A stretch of DNA of 60,000 nt. Origin: Lytechinus pictus. Its lineage: Eukaryota. A model generated the notes under the pieces. That model saw only the letters and a list, made by a program, of their open reading frames with translations, was not told the DNA's origin and searched no databases. The stretch is from assembly GCF_037042905.1 (NCBI RefSeq), contig NC_087250.1, positions 11,658,001 through 11,718,000 on the forward strand. The letters run 5' to 3'. Below, one piece after another: positions 25,106 to 37,567 of this stretch. Position numbers and translations under genes: made by a program. How positions within the stretch are numbered: the stretch's first letter is position 1; the number at the start of each line of letters is the position of its first letter.

Positions 25106-26141
25106 ATCTCGGTTTTTTGCTCGTGCTTCATCTTTCTCCTTCTCTGTCTCATTCTCCCTTAAAGACCTACTAAAATAAAATAAAACAAAGACTTAGGCTT
25201 TGGTTCAACAGAATATTATTTCGATTTCGTTCCAATTTAAGTTTGAATACATCAGAATTATCAATCTTAAAAAAGTTAAAAGGATAAAAGAAATGAATGA
25301 ATAAAATCGTCTTCGCTTATCAAGAAGTTACCCCTTGTAGGAAATAACAAGAAGACCAGAACGCCACAAATCGTTTAATTAAAATATGTCCTTATGAAAA
25401 TAATTAATATAAATAAAGCGTTATTCTATATTGCGATGCCCGTTTGCCTTATGAATATTGACCAAGAAATTACTGGTATTTTTTTGCAAAACAGTGGTCT
25501 ATAAAGAAATAAGAACAAATTAGAAAGAACTGCACTTAAAACCTAATATATATATGTCATATAAAGTTTACAAATAGTGCACAATTTGGCTACCGAAATA
25601 TCGTGCATTTTCTTTAGGGGGGGGGGGGTAAATATATGGTATAAATAAAATAATCAAGGTAAACATTCACAAAACATGGGCCTAAATTTGACCGAGAACT
25701 TGGTTAGATTTTACCCAATAAAATAATGTCCTCTCTTTATCCAATTATTGGGTAAAACCTTGAAAATAAAAGAATATATTGGTATACTGCATGAGAAGGT
25801 AGATGATCGTCACTGAACACCATTTGAGTTATATTGGTGAAGCTATATGGCGACTAATAATTCATATCAGATCAATACCAAATAGCCATGCCACGTGGCT
25901 ATTTCTCATGTGTTTTGCCTATTGGGCCTTGTTTACCTCAGACAAAATATACCACGGTTTACCTTGGAAAAGAAAGGTGAGAGTGAGAGAGTGTGTGTGG
26001 GGGGGGGGGTGAGGGAGAAAGAGAGAGGGAGGGGTGTGGGAGAGAAATAGAGAGTATGTGTATGTGAGCATGGTGAGAGAGAAAGGGGATTGAGCAAAAG
26101 AAAGAAAAACAGTCATAATTATGTATGTATGTATGTACATA

Positions 26142-26188
<47 letters not shown>

Positions 26189-26191
<3 letters not shown>

Positions 26192-26475
26192 TGAAAGAAA
26201 TGGATGAAGAGAACAATGGTAGGCGTAGCTTAAATCAAGGTTCCCCAGAGCTATCTACCCTTTTTGGCACCGGCACCGGCGTTCAAAGCTGGGGGCCCGG
26301 GTTCGATTCCCGGCAGAGACATTTTTTCGGCATCACCAATTTTTCCAAAAAGGGTAGATAGCTCTGGGGAACCTTGATTTAAGCTACGCCTACCATTGTT
26401 CTCTTCATCCATTTCTTTCACACAATATTTAAATAAAAGAGTTGCCAAAGCTGTAGTACATGTATAACTTCACAC

Positions 26476-26478
<3 letters not shown>
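26189..26478 (+). mobile_element. Element within (TA)n: perfect 79-bp inverted repeats enclosing a partial tRNA-like module
   Basis: Arms 26189-26267 and 26345-26423 are exact reverse complements; the loop holds ccggc gttcaaa gctgg gggc ccggg ttcgatt cccgg cagagac followed by a T-run. Confidence 0.8.
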
Positions 26479-26545
<67 letters not shown>

Positions 26546-27045
26546 ATGTAGATGAGGGTGAGCAAGAGCGTTCGAGCGCCGGTCGGGTGTGCCGGGTGTG
26601 TGTGTGATAAGGATGGAGAAGAGAGAATGGGGAAACGCATATTTTCAAAATTTCATTTCATTAAATCGTTTCATAATTGATTCAATTAAGAATGATAAAC
26701 ATCATCTTCATCATCATCATCATTGAAGGATTATAGGTAAAAATTAGTCCTTTGTGAAATAGGTCTATAATTTACAAACAAAGTAGCTCAAAGATAAGTA
26801 GAATAAAGAAAAGTATAAAGAACGGCTACGCACACAATAAATCAAAACACACAAATATATAATTTCATACTTTCTCGTAACAAAATAAACGACATCAGCC
26901 ATAACGCACACGCGATTGCTTCTAAAAGAATTTTATGAATTTATATATAAAAAAAAACATTTATTGAAAAACACTTTGCCTTTATTACATTGAAACACCA
27001 AATTATTCCCTTCTCAGTTCGTTGAAAATGAATGTCCTCTCCTGT

Positions 27046-27212
27046 TCAAGTTCAAGTTCAAGTTATTTATTCAAAACCAAAAACATCACATTATAATCAA
27101 AATAGATATACATACAACGTAAATGAGTACAAAAACATACATCAATTAGATTATAGCATAGCCGAATTGGTTTTAGGACCCCTTTAAAAGCAAAGCTTGT
27201 GAGTAGGGCCCT
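27046..27212 (-). mobile_element. Probable LINE 3' end
   Basis: Reverse complement ends aataaataa(cttgaa)3 after a gggcccta...ggggtcc stem-like segment. Confidence 0.45.
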
Positions 27213-30200
27213 GGAATACTTATGATTATTAACATAAAACATAGGATATACTAATCTACAAGATACAAAAGGAGAGAGAGAAAAAAAAAATATAATAAGG
27301 TTAAGATGCTATAAATAGGATGGAAAACCATTACAAACACACATATATATACACACAACCACATCCACCCAGATATATGCACATACATGTACTAAAAATT
27401 AATAATGAGTAGGTCATCTACTTAAATGCAAATACATCAACTTAAAATACATATTGAAGGAAAATAGTCATAATCTGTTTTTTCTCTATAAATAAGAAGA
27501 AATTATATCTTCTAAACAGCATAGCGTTTTGAATTAGTATTCACATGCATCAAAACGAGTAACTATCTCATTTATCATCGTTAATGGTTAATAAGATACA
27601 AGACTCTCGTATTACATTACGGATAATTTACAATTTCACACTTTCCAACTTTCCGTTGAGTCTTCTAATTCCATTAAAACGTATTCGAAAAGCAGTCAAT
27701 GAATGGGCATAAAATGAAATGAAAACGCCAAGTACTCAAATACTTGAGCAAAATATTGATCGAAGCTCTCCCAATCCACAACAATGGAGATAAGTGTGTG
27801 GTAATAATTCGGCTATTTGATACCATCAGCGATGATCCTCTTACCCCGGCGCTCCGGGGGAGAGTAAGATCCACGGTCCGTTAGATTTTCCCCATATCTT
27901 GATTGAAAAAAAAAAAGAGATATGGGCTTGTATGTGCATTATTAACCATTGTATTTGCACGAGGCATATCTCAATACTCGGCATAGGCAATTCGTTAGGT
28001 TGTAAACTGATTTCTGCTTATAGCCCCCCCCTAATATTTTCAGGAATGGCCTGATACCCCCCCCCCCCCTCCAGAAAAAAAGAAAATATGCCCAGAAATG
28101 AATGATTAGAAGGATAGAGGGAAAGTTACAACAACAACAACAATAATAATGATAACAACAACAACAACAATAATAATGATAATAATGATACTACTACTAC
28201 TACTTCTACTAAATACTACTACTACTAATGAAATAATTATAATGATAATATAATAATCATAATAGTAACAAAAAATAATGACTCCACAAATCAAAATTTC
28301 TATATAATAACTTTAAAAAAAGTCTTTGATGGATTTTCCTCAAACCTTCACTATTATTTCCCTTTTTTTGCGATTTTGTCAATAAACCTTTTGCAAGGGT
28401 GAACTTTACGAGATGAAAAGTCAGAGCTCTTTGAGCTCGAGTTGATTAAACGTTCACTTCCTTACCAAGACTACAACAAAACAAAACACAAATAGAAGAT
28501 TATGTTTTGCTTGTTACTTAAACTTCCGTTTTTTCTGAAATTATTATTCATAGCCCTAATCTGTAAGGCCCTATTAAGGAGTCGATCATACGGTCATTGC
28601 ACAGACTCTGCCAAATCAACCACAACATATTGATTCAACTTCTGCTTTCTGCTTCATCAATAAACATAAAATATAACTCCGCAATCGAAGCGCGACGACT
28701 TCTTAATGCCCTTTTAACGTTTATGCATGGACATTGCGTTAAATTGCATTAACTCTCATTAAAAGGATAAGACGTTACCGGGCTTGTCTTTTTTTACGTG
28801 AATGCCTCGTATTAATACACCCGCGTGGATAAAAGTGCAGAGATTCTTTTTGTTATGTTATTAACGCGTTAACCGAGTGTATTAACGTATGGATGCAAAG
28901 GTAAAATGAGTCGTTCAAAATAACAAATATGGAGAAGAAAGAGTTGGGTGTGAGAGAGAAAAGCGCTTGATATTAACGCATTTGCCCCCTGCTAGTAACA
29001 CCGCGGGTACAAATTCTTGCTTTCTCCTCGTGAACATACAGGGAGATGACGGTAAAGGGAAAATGAAGAAAAAAAGGGGAGCGGAATATTTTAACTTCAC
29101 TCGAGGAAAGGGGCCATTTTTACGATCGATGATATTGATTTTCTAATTCCGCACACTCCAACTTGAAAGAGAAAAGGAAGGGGGAAAAGGAAAAGGAGAG
29201 AAGGGGGAGATTAAAAGAAAGAATAAGGAGATCTTTCCTCAGGGATGGTATTTATTTTCTATCATTCTCCCTCTATATCTCCCGAGCGCGTTCTCTGAGA
29301 TTTTTTTCCCCTTATTTTGCTCTTGCGATTTTTTTTTTGCTGGCCACGGTAAGGAGCGAGTAGACGGCGTTCCGGAGTTTGTTGGCAAAGCGCGGCCTTT
29401 TGAGAGCATGGGAACGAGTGTGGCGGTATGTGCTAATGCATGCACCGGCACGGAGGGCGCATTGATCGGCGAGGTTTCCCGTGGAATTCCTCTGCTCCAG
29501 TCCTGCTCCTTATAAAGCAAAGGAACGGGCTTCTAAGCGACTAAGTACTCGTTTTTTCCCCAATCGACCCGCCCCCTCCCCCACTATACACATATAGCCC
29601 TTTCATTATGGTCCGTTCTATATAACGCCCGAATTTAAGGGGGTACATTGGTAAGTGTTAGTAACCCCAACTTGAAAACATATATAATTATACCTATAAA
29701 CTTATAAACAGGAAAATGGGTTCTTAAAGCTAGAGTCTATCTCTATACCAAATCGATGTATAACAGAGAGAGAGAGAGGGATGGGGGGAGATAGCGAGGG
29801 AGAGAGAGGGAAAGAGAGGGGGGGGGGGGGGAGAAGAGCGCACCTAGCGAGCTAAAATTTCGACATTTCTAATAGAAATAACCCAATTTTCTGATAGATT
29901 TTGTCAAAATTTTCAGAAAATAATGTACATCACCCTTCACTCCTCCCTTTTCTCTGTAATTTTCTTGGTCTGGAAAAATGGGGGGGGGGGGGGGGGAAGG
30001 GGGGGGGGGGGAGTTACACCCCTACCCCCTTCCCCATATGTACGCCACTGGAGGGAATCAATATTTCATATAAAACGATAGAAAAGATGACAAAGATGTG
30101 TGTTGCATCATCAGCTCTCCTATCATTTCAATAGTGACTGTGTTGTCCATATCTTAATTACATAAGAATGATTCTCATTATTTTTTTTTATAAAGTCTAT

Positions 30201-32154
30201 ATTTTATGCACTTTTTCTTAATGTTAACAAAATTTGTTGTAGATGAAAGACGTGTAACGATAAATCATATCCATATCAAGAAAATAATACACACGATGCT
30301 AATAAAGATTATGATGGCAAATAATAGAGTAGATACGGTATGAAATATGGCGAAAGTAGATCCGATCAAAGAAAAACATACTTTATTGATTTATGAACTT
30401 TTGATTTGATTTGACTTGACTTTATTTTACTTATTTCACATAATAATGAACATACTACAAACAATATAACATCGGAGGAATTAACATGGTTTATAAATCA
30501 GACATAGCATCATTCATCTAAATCAAATGATACAGAGATTTGAAATCAGAGTTAATTTGAAATGGTGAAATAGGAGTAAATATTACTTACATTAAGGCCT
30601 GTAGCAAATTTTACATATCAAATTCGAATAGGGTCTACCTTGACACTGTATATCATAATTTATGAACACTTCGTAACATCATAACAAGCTTACACGAAAA
30701 ATTATTGTAGGGCCTATTATTAATTGAAACGCATTCAAATGCCTGTATGATGCGCAAGTTATAAATGTATATATTTATGATTCAATTAGAATGACAATTT
30801 ATTTACAACACGAGATCCATTCCTCTGCTTACTATTTCAAAACAGGCAAAGATGTTAAAGGTCACCATTATATAAAAAATGTCCCCTATTTTTTCTATGA
30901 AATCAATTAAACAAGTTAATCGAAGGTTAATGGGGGATCGCACTCTATCCCTGCCCCCCACCCCATCCCCCCGTCTGGTACCCTTAGGCAGTTAGCTGAC
31001 CTGGAGGGAAGCAGCAAAGTATATGACGTCACAATATAAATAAATTTCAAAATAACATATTATACAGCTCCATCATGTCCATTATGTTTTGATAAAGTTT
31101 CGTTAAACTTTCATCAATAGGCGCTTATGCATGCTACTGTGATTCTTAAAAGTTATTTTGAAAAAGCCAAGTTAACGGCAAGATGGGATTCCCCTTTAAC
31201 ACCGAATTATCCCTTAAAATAAAAACAAAAGGTAGAAAGCGGCAAGATTAGCCGACGAAGTTCAGCAACCCCACTTAACGCGCGTTCCTTAACTTTCCCC
31301 AAAAATGATTGGCATTCGTATGTAAATTGCATGTAAATGACAGTATCATGGCGAACAGGTGCAGTCCTTGTCGCGCGTCGCACAGGGACTTGCGTACTTT
31401 CCTTTCATCTCTCTTTAAGGAAATGGAATTTGAACAAAAGTGTCGTGCGCAAAATATGACGGTATTCAAATATAAGGGATGATAAGGGATGAAGACTGAC
31501 TTGTTTTGAAAGAAGGGCCTTTTATTGGAATCTTGGATATAGTTTTAAAAGTAGATTGAATTATGTGCCCCTTATTGTCATATTATCGTTTTATCAACAT
31601 TATTATCGTTCATGGTTTCATACGATTCGCCTCTTGTTTTGAGCACTATCATGACATACTGGTAAACACTTCTATTGCTATTAATATCAATATTATCATG
31701 TTATCATTTTCATCATCATCATCATCATCATCATCGTAATCATCATTATCATAATCATCATCATCGTCGTCATTCGTCATCATCATCATCATCATAAACG
31801 TCATCTTTATCAGTATTTCCATTATTGGTAATGTTCAAAGCATCATTATCATTAATGCTATTTCATTTTGAATTGATAACCGATTAAAGTCATAACTATT
31901 TTTACAATATTACCATTATTGCTATCATTGTAGTTGTCGCTATCATTCTCATAAAGGTCATCCTGTTGATTAATGCCATTATTGTTAATATCCTCATCAT
32001 TATCATAATCATAATCAGCGTCATTTAATCACTACAATTACCTGATATAAATCTGTTAATTTAATTTATTTCAAATTATTTGATATTTTCATCAAACGGG
32101 TCTAATTCAAGAAGCTCTCATTTTCTTCAATTTACTCAGTACAGTTTAAATTAA

Positions 32155-32533
32155 AGTGATTGGTTAACATTGGCTTGACTTTTAAAAAAATCTGAGCTAG
32201 AAGGTCACACTTGTCACCTGTCTCTGTGATATGTTACAAAAATGAAGCCCAGAAAAAATTGCGTTCGAAAATAATTATTTAGTGCTTCAAAAATTGAAAT
32301 ATAAAGTGACCGAAAACACCATCTTAATTTCATCCCATACACTTATGTGTACTATTTAGGCGTCTATAAGACGCCTATTTACAAAATCGGGGTTTGCCTT
32401 GTAGTTTTAGCTTTTCATTCTCAATAATGGTTGTTTTCAGGGTTTATTAGTTCTAATACATGCACTTGTACACATGTTTCATCTTGGTTTGATAATTTTT
32501 TTAATCGGCTGCTCACAAAGTTAAACAATACCT
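32155..32533. mobile_element. TTAA-flanked (Kolobok-like) non-autonomous transposon
   Basis: ttaa|agtgattggttaacattg ... caaagttaaacaatacct|ttaa. Confidence 0.7.
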
Positions 32534-32580
32534 TTAATTGCGGCCAGGGCGGAACAAAGACATCATTTTAAAAGGGCATG

Positions 32581-32800
32581 CACAATATCAAAACAAATCA
32601 GTCAAAATAACTAGTTAATCTAGTCATCTGGGTGCAACTGTTATTCTAGTCATATTTGACCATTTTCTAGTCGTATTCAGTCGTATTCTACTAGAACAGA
32701 GTTATTTCTTACTAGAATATACGTCAGAATGTGACTAGACATATCAGTTGCACTCAGCTGACTACTGATCTAGTCAATTTGACTGATATGTTTTCAGAGT
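32581..32800. mobile_element. Palindromic CAC...GTG MITE rich in CTAG
   Basis: atcagtcaaaataactag...gggtgcaactg...tctagtca pairs with tgactaga...cagttgcactc...ctagtcaatttgactgat. Confidence 0.7.
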
Positions 32801-33675
32801 GGCGGCATGCCATTTTGATGGGAATCGGGGGGGGGGGGGTGGGTGTGGGGGTAGAGCAAGACAACCTTAAGGTAAACTCTGATAAAAAAAAAATCAATAT
32901 AATTTTTTTTTCTTTTTGCCTCCCCCTGTAACTGCTTATAAAGTAGCCACATCACCTCACCAAGAAGCACAAAAAGATTCTTCCTTTCCTTGGAGTTTCC
33001 TTTGAAAATAATAAACGCTCCCCCCCCTCTTCCCAACCCCCCATTACATTGCTACAAACCAGACCCCTAACAACAACACATCATCCCTCCTCCACATACA
33101 ACTGAATAAAAAAAGAAGGGGGAGGGGGGGGGGGCCTCACGTTCATTTTTTTTTGGGGGGGGGGGGCGTCCACTCCCCTGTGCCCCATTGATCTGCGCCA
33201 GTTTGTCTTGATTGCAATACATAGCATAAAAAGAGATGACATTTTTATACTCTCGGTCAAATTACCTCAAGTCAATGTAATACTTTCATAAATCGCTTAT
33301 TGCTTCAAATTCTTTCATTTCTTTTACCAACAAAATGATAAAATCTCTCAAAATTGCCGCAACGACCTCAGTGAAATCGTTAACAATAATCCTTTTGATT
33401 GTCAAATGTTAGGAACGATCATCGCCAATTAGAGACCGCACACAGGTAAAAAAAATGAGGGCGTATGTTTCTATGGCATTTCCGGTACAATATCCTCTTT
33501 ATCCTGATGTCGATTATTGCAATCGTTTATAGTCTAGGAATAAAGACATGTTTATGCTTACGCGAAATATACAGAGGCCTGTTTCTTATCGTCTCAAAAT
33601 CTTCATACGTTTCTTACATCTTTATTTTTCAAAACACATACATCAATCACGCACCCACACCACACACACATGTTA

Positions 33676-33794
33676 TGTGTGTGTGTGTGTGTGTGCTTGA
33701 TTGAGTATTTACTGACATGTATCAATCAGATATTATTGTTTACGTATGGACCAACCATCCGAAAGGCGTGACTAGAATTCGAACCTCGAACCTC
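33676..33794 (-). mobile_element. 5'-truncated copy of the 36031-36219 SINE
   Basis: (TG)n, gtatcaatcagatat, ccatccgaaag.cgtgac and tcgaacctcgaacctc shared with 36031-36219. Confidence 0.8.
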
Positions 33795-34324
33795 CTTATG
33801 CTTTAATTTCTTTCACCTATGTAATTATGTTTATATATTCAATTTATTTCATCTCTGATTGAGAAAATGTACACTATACAAAACATAGGTCACTTTATAA
33901 GCTCTAAAAGTAAATATCTAAATGCAAATTAGAACTGCAATGAAGCCTGAAGGAAATGTAAAAGCGAAGTTCTCACATTATTCATAAATTATGCAACGCA
34001 TGTTAAATAATGTGTTGCTTAAGTAAAATAATTACGTTTTACCAAGGAGATAGAGGTGAAATCTCCTTGGTTTTACAAAAATGCGTAATTTCAGGCAGCC
34101 TTTCTTTGCAAAATGACTAATCGCTATAAATACAAAGGCCTATGTATATATATTTTTTCATCTCAAAGTAGGCCTTGAAATGTTAATGTTATTCAGTCCC
34201 CATTAAGATTTTTGGCCATTCTTAAATGACATAATCGCCTGATCATTCGATAAAAATAACATGCAAATTAGGAAATATTCCATAACAATCTGAATAATCT
34301 CAAGAGAAATCTCAATCATTTTAA

Positions 34325-34917
34325 AGGGGAATCCAACCCAAATAAAAACTTGTTTTTATAAGGAAAAGAAAAATCAGACAAGTTGATAGGTGAAAGTTTG
34401 AATAATATTGGACAAACAATAAGAAATTTATGAATTTTTTAAAGTTGTAAATATTGGTAATCACTATACCCATGGAGACTTCAAATTGGCCGCATATGGG
34501 ATGTCATAGTGATGTAAGGCAAGGACTACTCTTCCATGTACTCCAATACATATTATGGCTAAAATGTCATTTTTCCCAAAAGTTTATTTCAAATCATATT
34601 TTTCTTTCATGAGGACATAAAACAATATACTACCTGGGTTATATTTAGATTACTGCCCCAGGGGAATGGGTACTTAGGAGAAAACCACAAATCCCTGATA
34701 ATAAAGTACATGGCATATGGGAAAGTTGTCCTTGCCCTTGTCATAATTTACTTACCCAGTTGCCAATTTGAAATCTACATAGTATTAGTGATCTCAATTT
34801 TAAAGCAGCTATAACTCTCTTATTGCTTGTCGGATTTCTTTCAAACTTTCACCATTCTGTTTAATTTATTTTTCTCCTTCCCATCACAACATTTTATGGC
34901 CAAGGCTGGATTCCCCT
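34325..34917. mobile_element. TTAA-flanked (Kolobok-like) non-autonomous transposon
   Basis: ttaa|aggggaatccaacc ... ggctggattcccct|ttaa. Confidence 0.85.
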
Positions 34918-36030
34918 TTAAGAAAATAGCCTCTATGAATCAACCTTCTAGCAATATTCCATAAATTAAAGGAATCAAGTCTCGGCAGGGTAGACTACTC
35001 TTTCCCGTGCATAAACTATCGGCAGTTATTAGCAGTTAAATCATGCGCACAAGCCCTTATAATGCGAGCAAGTTCAAACTGCCCCAAAACAATAATATCA
35101 TAGCTATTCAATTCCGAGCAACAATATCTTATGCATCGCAACCCCAATAAGCGCTCCATACCTCCCATCATTTTTCAAAAAGATAATACGCTCGCTCGCG
35201 CATGCTTTAATTGGTATACATTGCAAACACGTGGTCCTATTGTTAAATTCTCTCACAACTTTCTCCGTTTAATTTTGGCCTTCTTGTCACTCCCTTTGTG
35301 CACGCTAGAAAATATCGTTTACGTCTCTTGCAACCTTCGAAAATTTCGGAATTCATTTGACGTCGCTCTCTTTTAATTTATTTATTCGCATTTTATGCTC
35401 ATCCGCGAGGTTCTTTAATGAGTTTTTTTTCTTTTCAAAGAAATACATATAAAAAGTAATTTGAAAAGGTAAAATGAAAATTCATGCATAAGATATACGG
35501 ACTGAGAAGAAAACGAAGAGAGAGAGGGAAAGAGAGAAAGATAAGACGTAGGCAATAAAACATGTTTTTAAAAACTGTTAGGTATAAAAAAGGGAAACTA
35601 TAACTACAAGCATTCTGCTAATAAGTTTTTTTTCACAATTACATTTCTAAATTAGAATTTTCACAAAAGCCGCCAAAAGCGTGCTTGACACCCTTCAAGT
35701 TAACTTTAGAAAAAGTAATCGCTTTTCTCCCGCGCTTTCGAGTTTCTTCGAAAAAAAATATGCGTCTTGCCACCGCCCCGAAAAAAAAAATCTGCGTACG
35801 GCCCTGCCTCCACATTTCCATTGCAGGCATTTCATTCATGTAGCATATTAAATTGAGAATGCTTGATATTTATATACAGAAGTCCAAGAAGAACAAAATA
35901 GATAAATATCGAATATCTAAACATTACTCCAAACATTTTACATCTTTAACTCACGGTTGATAATATTTTGAATAACTCTTTCGATATGATGCAACGCTGT
36001 GTGAGCTCGTCACTCTATATTATTACAAAA

Positions 36031-36219
36031 TGTGTGTGTGCGTGTGTGTATTTGAGTTTTGTCAGACGTGTATCAATCAGATATGATTATTTACGTCTGG
36101 GACCGACCTTAAACGTCACCATCCGAAAGACGTGACCAGGGCTCGAACCTCGAACCTCTGAATCAATTTGTAACTTCCCCACATAGCTTGGATTACAGGC
36201 GCACGCCACAACACCCAGT
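36031..36219 (-). mobile_element. SINE with 7SL Alu-domain-like head, B box, Deu/Nin-like body and (CA)n tail
   Basis: Reverse complement: actgggtgttgtggcgtgcgcctgtaatccaagctatgtggggaagtt ... ggttcgagccc ... tttcggatggtgacgtttaaggtcggtcccagac ... (ca)n. Confidence 0.8.
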
Positions 36220-37376
36220 GAAACAACCCATGTTGTTTAAACTTGTGTTATTAACATTTTGAGCAATTATTGTTTTAAGGACATGCCCTGTATAACAACC
36301 AAACGTTACAAAAGTTTAAACATTATAGTTAAAAATCATATTTCCAAAAAGTCGCGGGCTTAAAGGGCGTTACTTCTGATTTCAAACAACATTTTAGAGT
36401 GTACAAAATATGCCAACATTCCTTTACAGGCGTTTAAACGATTTTCCCCATGCAAGCAAGGTATACATACTAGCAGGCAAGAACGAGATTGACTTAAAAA
36501 TATCGATATCAGATAAAATCTGACACCCTAACATAAAACGATCAATTTGATGAACAGGTGACTGTATGCAAAACACACTATATCAAGATATCGATGATCA
36601 ATTTGATCGAAAACGATATGAAGGGTTGATTTCGATCGGTATTGAGCCGAAAAAAAACTCGATTGCCTGCCGTGATTTTTTCCACGCAATTTCGCTTCGC
36701 CCTGTATGTTGGGACGGGAAAAATTCGATAGGACGTTCAAGATAAGCTTGGTCAGTTGCAACAGTAAAGTTGATAGTATTATTTGAATTTGATGATTAGG
36801 AATTAAACAAATGGAATGAATTCCATGTTTACTAATCTGTTTGGCTTTTCGGAAGGGAGGAGAAATGTAATATGCCTACAAATGAAATAATGTTTAGTTG
36901 CAAGCATGCCATAAATGTTGTTCTTATAGGACCAAAATAAGATAATATGTCTTTATTATTTCAATCAAATTGGCTTAAATTTATGTTTCAAAAATAACAA
37001 TTTAGATTCATTCCCTTTCTTTGAGATTTATAGATAAATAGACGAAAAAAAAAAAACAACAACAACAACCTAAATAAATAAATAAATAAATATTTACTCA
37101 TTCTAATAGGAAACATGCATATTTGGGGGATGAATAGACCCAAATGTGTAACTTTACCCAAACGAATTTAGAATGTTCTTCAAAATTTTACCCATGAACA
37201 TGCATATGTTTACCGAATTAGGCCCTGATTGTGAAAAACATATGACGTACCACAACCGACCCCATGATCACGATAACATTTCTCCGTTTTATTTGTTGGT
37301 TAATTTCACTCAATCTTTTTTTCAGAGTGCAGATTCTTACCATTGCACAGTGGGCATGTTGGGGTTGGATATTATA

Positions 37377-37567
37377 CAGTGCGTCCCACTAAAAACGAAA
37401 TCGAGGTTTACCGATTAATTATCATAACTTAATCACATATACAATAGACAAATGGCCTATCATTTCAAAGCTTAGAGTCTCTTCTTTCATCTGAAATAAC
37501 GTAGACCATTCCTCATTCACGCGTGAGTGAGCAAAAAACAATTTGAAGAAAGGATACCAAAAAGTCA
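37377..37567 (+). mobile_element. Solo terminal fragment of the Tc1/mariner-type MITE at 39758-40578
   Basis: ta|cagtgcgtcccac.aaaaacgaaa ... gagtgagcaaaaa. Confidence 0.85.

Noticed and set aside
18337..25162. Poly-Y, R/S-rich, poly-D/H and poly-E/F ORFs
   Set aside because: (CTA)n, (GAA)n, (GAT)n and (TTC)n repeats with no coding complexity or splice support
26268..26335. Selenocysteine or opal-suppressor tRNA gene
   Set aside because: The 5' half is missing, the variable loop is short (tRNA-Sec has a long arm), and it sits within a repeat
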